Of a stretch of DNA of 64,000 nt, positions 62,922 through 64,000 are shown one piece after another. The stretch is from contig NC_086108.1 of the NCBI RefSeq assembly GCF_963921235.1, positions 9,176,001 to 9,240,000 of the forward strand. Direction: 5' to 3'. A program made the position numbers and the translations under genes. Each line of letters begins with the position of its first letter. Within the stretch, counting starts at the first letter, position 1. The notes beneath the pieces were generated by a model. The model ran no database searches, was not told the DNA's origin, and saw only the letters and a program-made list of their open reading frames with translations. This DNA is from Mobula hypostoma (lineage: Eukaryota).

Positions 62922-64000
62922 TAGATAGGTCTGTGGCAAATTAGTAAAGGTGCTGAGGAAGAGGATCTCTTGGAATGTATGCGGGATGGTTTTTTGAACC
63001 AACATGTCGAGGAACCGACTAGAGAGCAGGCTATTCTGGACTGGGTTTTGAGCAATGAGGAAGGGTTAATTAGTGATCTTGTCGTGAGGGGCCCCTTGGG
63101 TAAGAGTGACCATAATATGGTGGAATTCTTCATTAGGAGAGTGACATAGTTAATTCAGAAACAAAGGTTCTGAACTTAAAGAGGGGTAACTTTGAAGGTA
63201 TGAGACATGAATTAGCTAAGGTAGACTGGCAAATGACACTTAAAGGGTTGACGGTGGATATGCAATGGCAAGCATTTAAAGATTGCATGGATGAACTACA
63301 ACAATTGTTCATCCCAGTTTGGCAAAAGAATAAATCAAGGAAGGTAGTGCACCCGTGGCTGACAAGGGAAGTTAGGGATAGTATCAATTCCAAAGAAGTA
63401 GCATACAAATTAGCCAGAAAAAGTGGCTCACCTGAGGACTGGGAGAAATTCAGAATTCAGCAGAGGAGGACAAAGGGCTTAATTAGGAAGGGGAAAAAAG
63501 ATTATGAGAGAAAACTGGCAGGGAACATAAAAACTGACTGTAAAAGCTTTTATAGATATGTGAAAAGAAAAAGATTGCTTAAGACAAATGTAGGTCCCCT
63601 ACAGACAGAAACAGGTGAATTGATTATGGGGAGCAAGGACATGGCAGACCAATTGAATAACTACTTTGGTTCTGTCTTCACTAAGGAGGACATAAATAAT
63701 CTTCCAGAAATAGTAGGGGACAGAGGGTCCAGTGAGATGGAGGAACTGAGGGAAATGCATGTTAGTAGGGAAGTGGTGTTGAGTAAATTGAAGGGATTAA
63801 AGGCAGATAAATCCCCAGGGCCAGATGGTCTGCATCCCAGAGTGCTTAAGGAAGTAGCCCAAGAAATAGTGGATGCATTAGTGATAATTTTCCAAAACTG
63901 TTTAGATTCTGGACTAGTTCCTGAGGATTGGAGGATGGCTAATGTAACCCCGCTTTTTAAAAAAGGAGGGAGAGAGAAACTGGGGAATTATAGACCAGTT
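62922..64000 (+). mobile_element. CR1 ORF2 (APE C-terminus to RT start), runs off the window
   Basis: LNQHVEEPTREQAILDWVL, LGKSDHNM, KSPGPDGLHPRVL, PEDWRMANVTPLFKKG, NYRPV. Confidence 0.93.

Overview
This is vertebrate genomic DNA, inferred to be cartilaginous fish (probably a ray) from V-SINE/HE1-type SINEs and the CR1, Rex1 and Penelope family types. It is dominated by transposable elements and tandem repeats. I found no intact multi-exon coding gene, rRNA, tRNA or CRISPR array, and all long ORFs in the track are tandem-repeat artefacts or decayed retroelement ORFs. Host-derived sequence is limited to two things. The first is a ~2.8 kb TE-free island (15.6-18.4 kb) with a dense CCAAT/GC-box promoter and a minus-strand first exon rich in uORFs. 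The second is a decayed phase 1-1 Ig-domain exon resembling obscurin/titin I-set repeats at 59.7-59.9 kb, with possible further relics elsewhere. Main items of interest: (1) Penelope-derived repeats carrying minimal hammerhead ribozymes, one with an intact core; (2) a family of RTE-derived short elements whose 5' part shows a compensatory base-pair change, a candidate structured or catalytic RNA; (3) a tandem non-autonomous chromovirus-type LTR element with an internal inversion; (4) a hAT-like element with a 6-bp TSD; (5) same-family LTRs nested antisense in each other at two loci. All family assignments come from motif recognition by eye, and boundaries of decayed elements are approximate.
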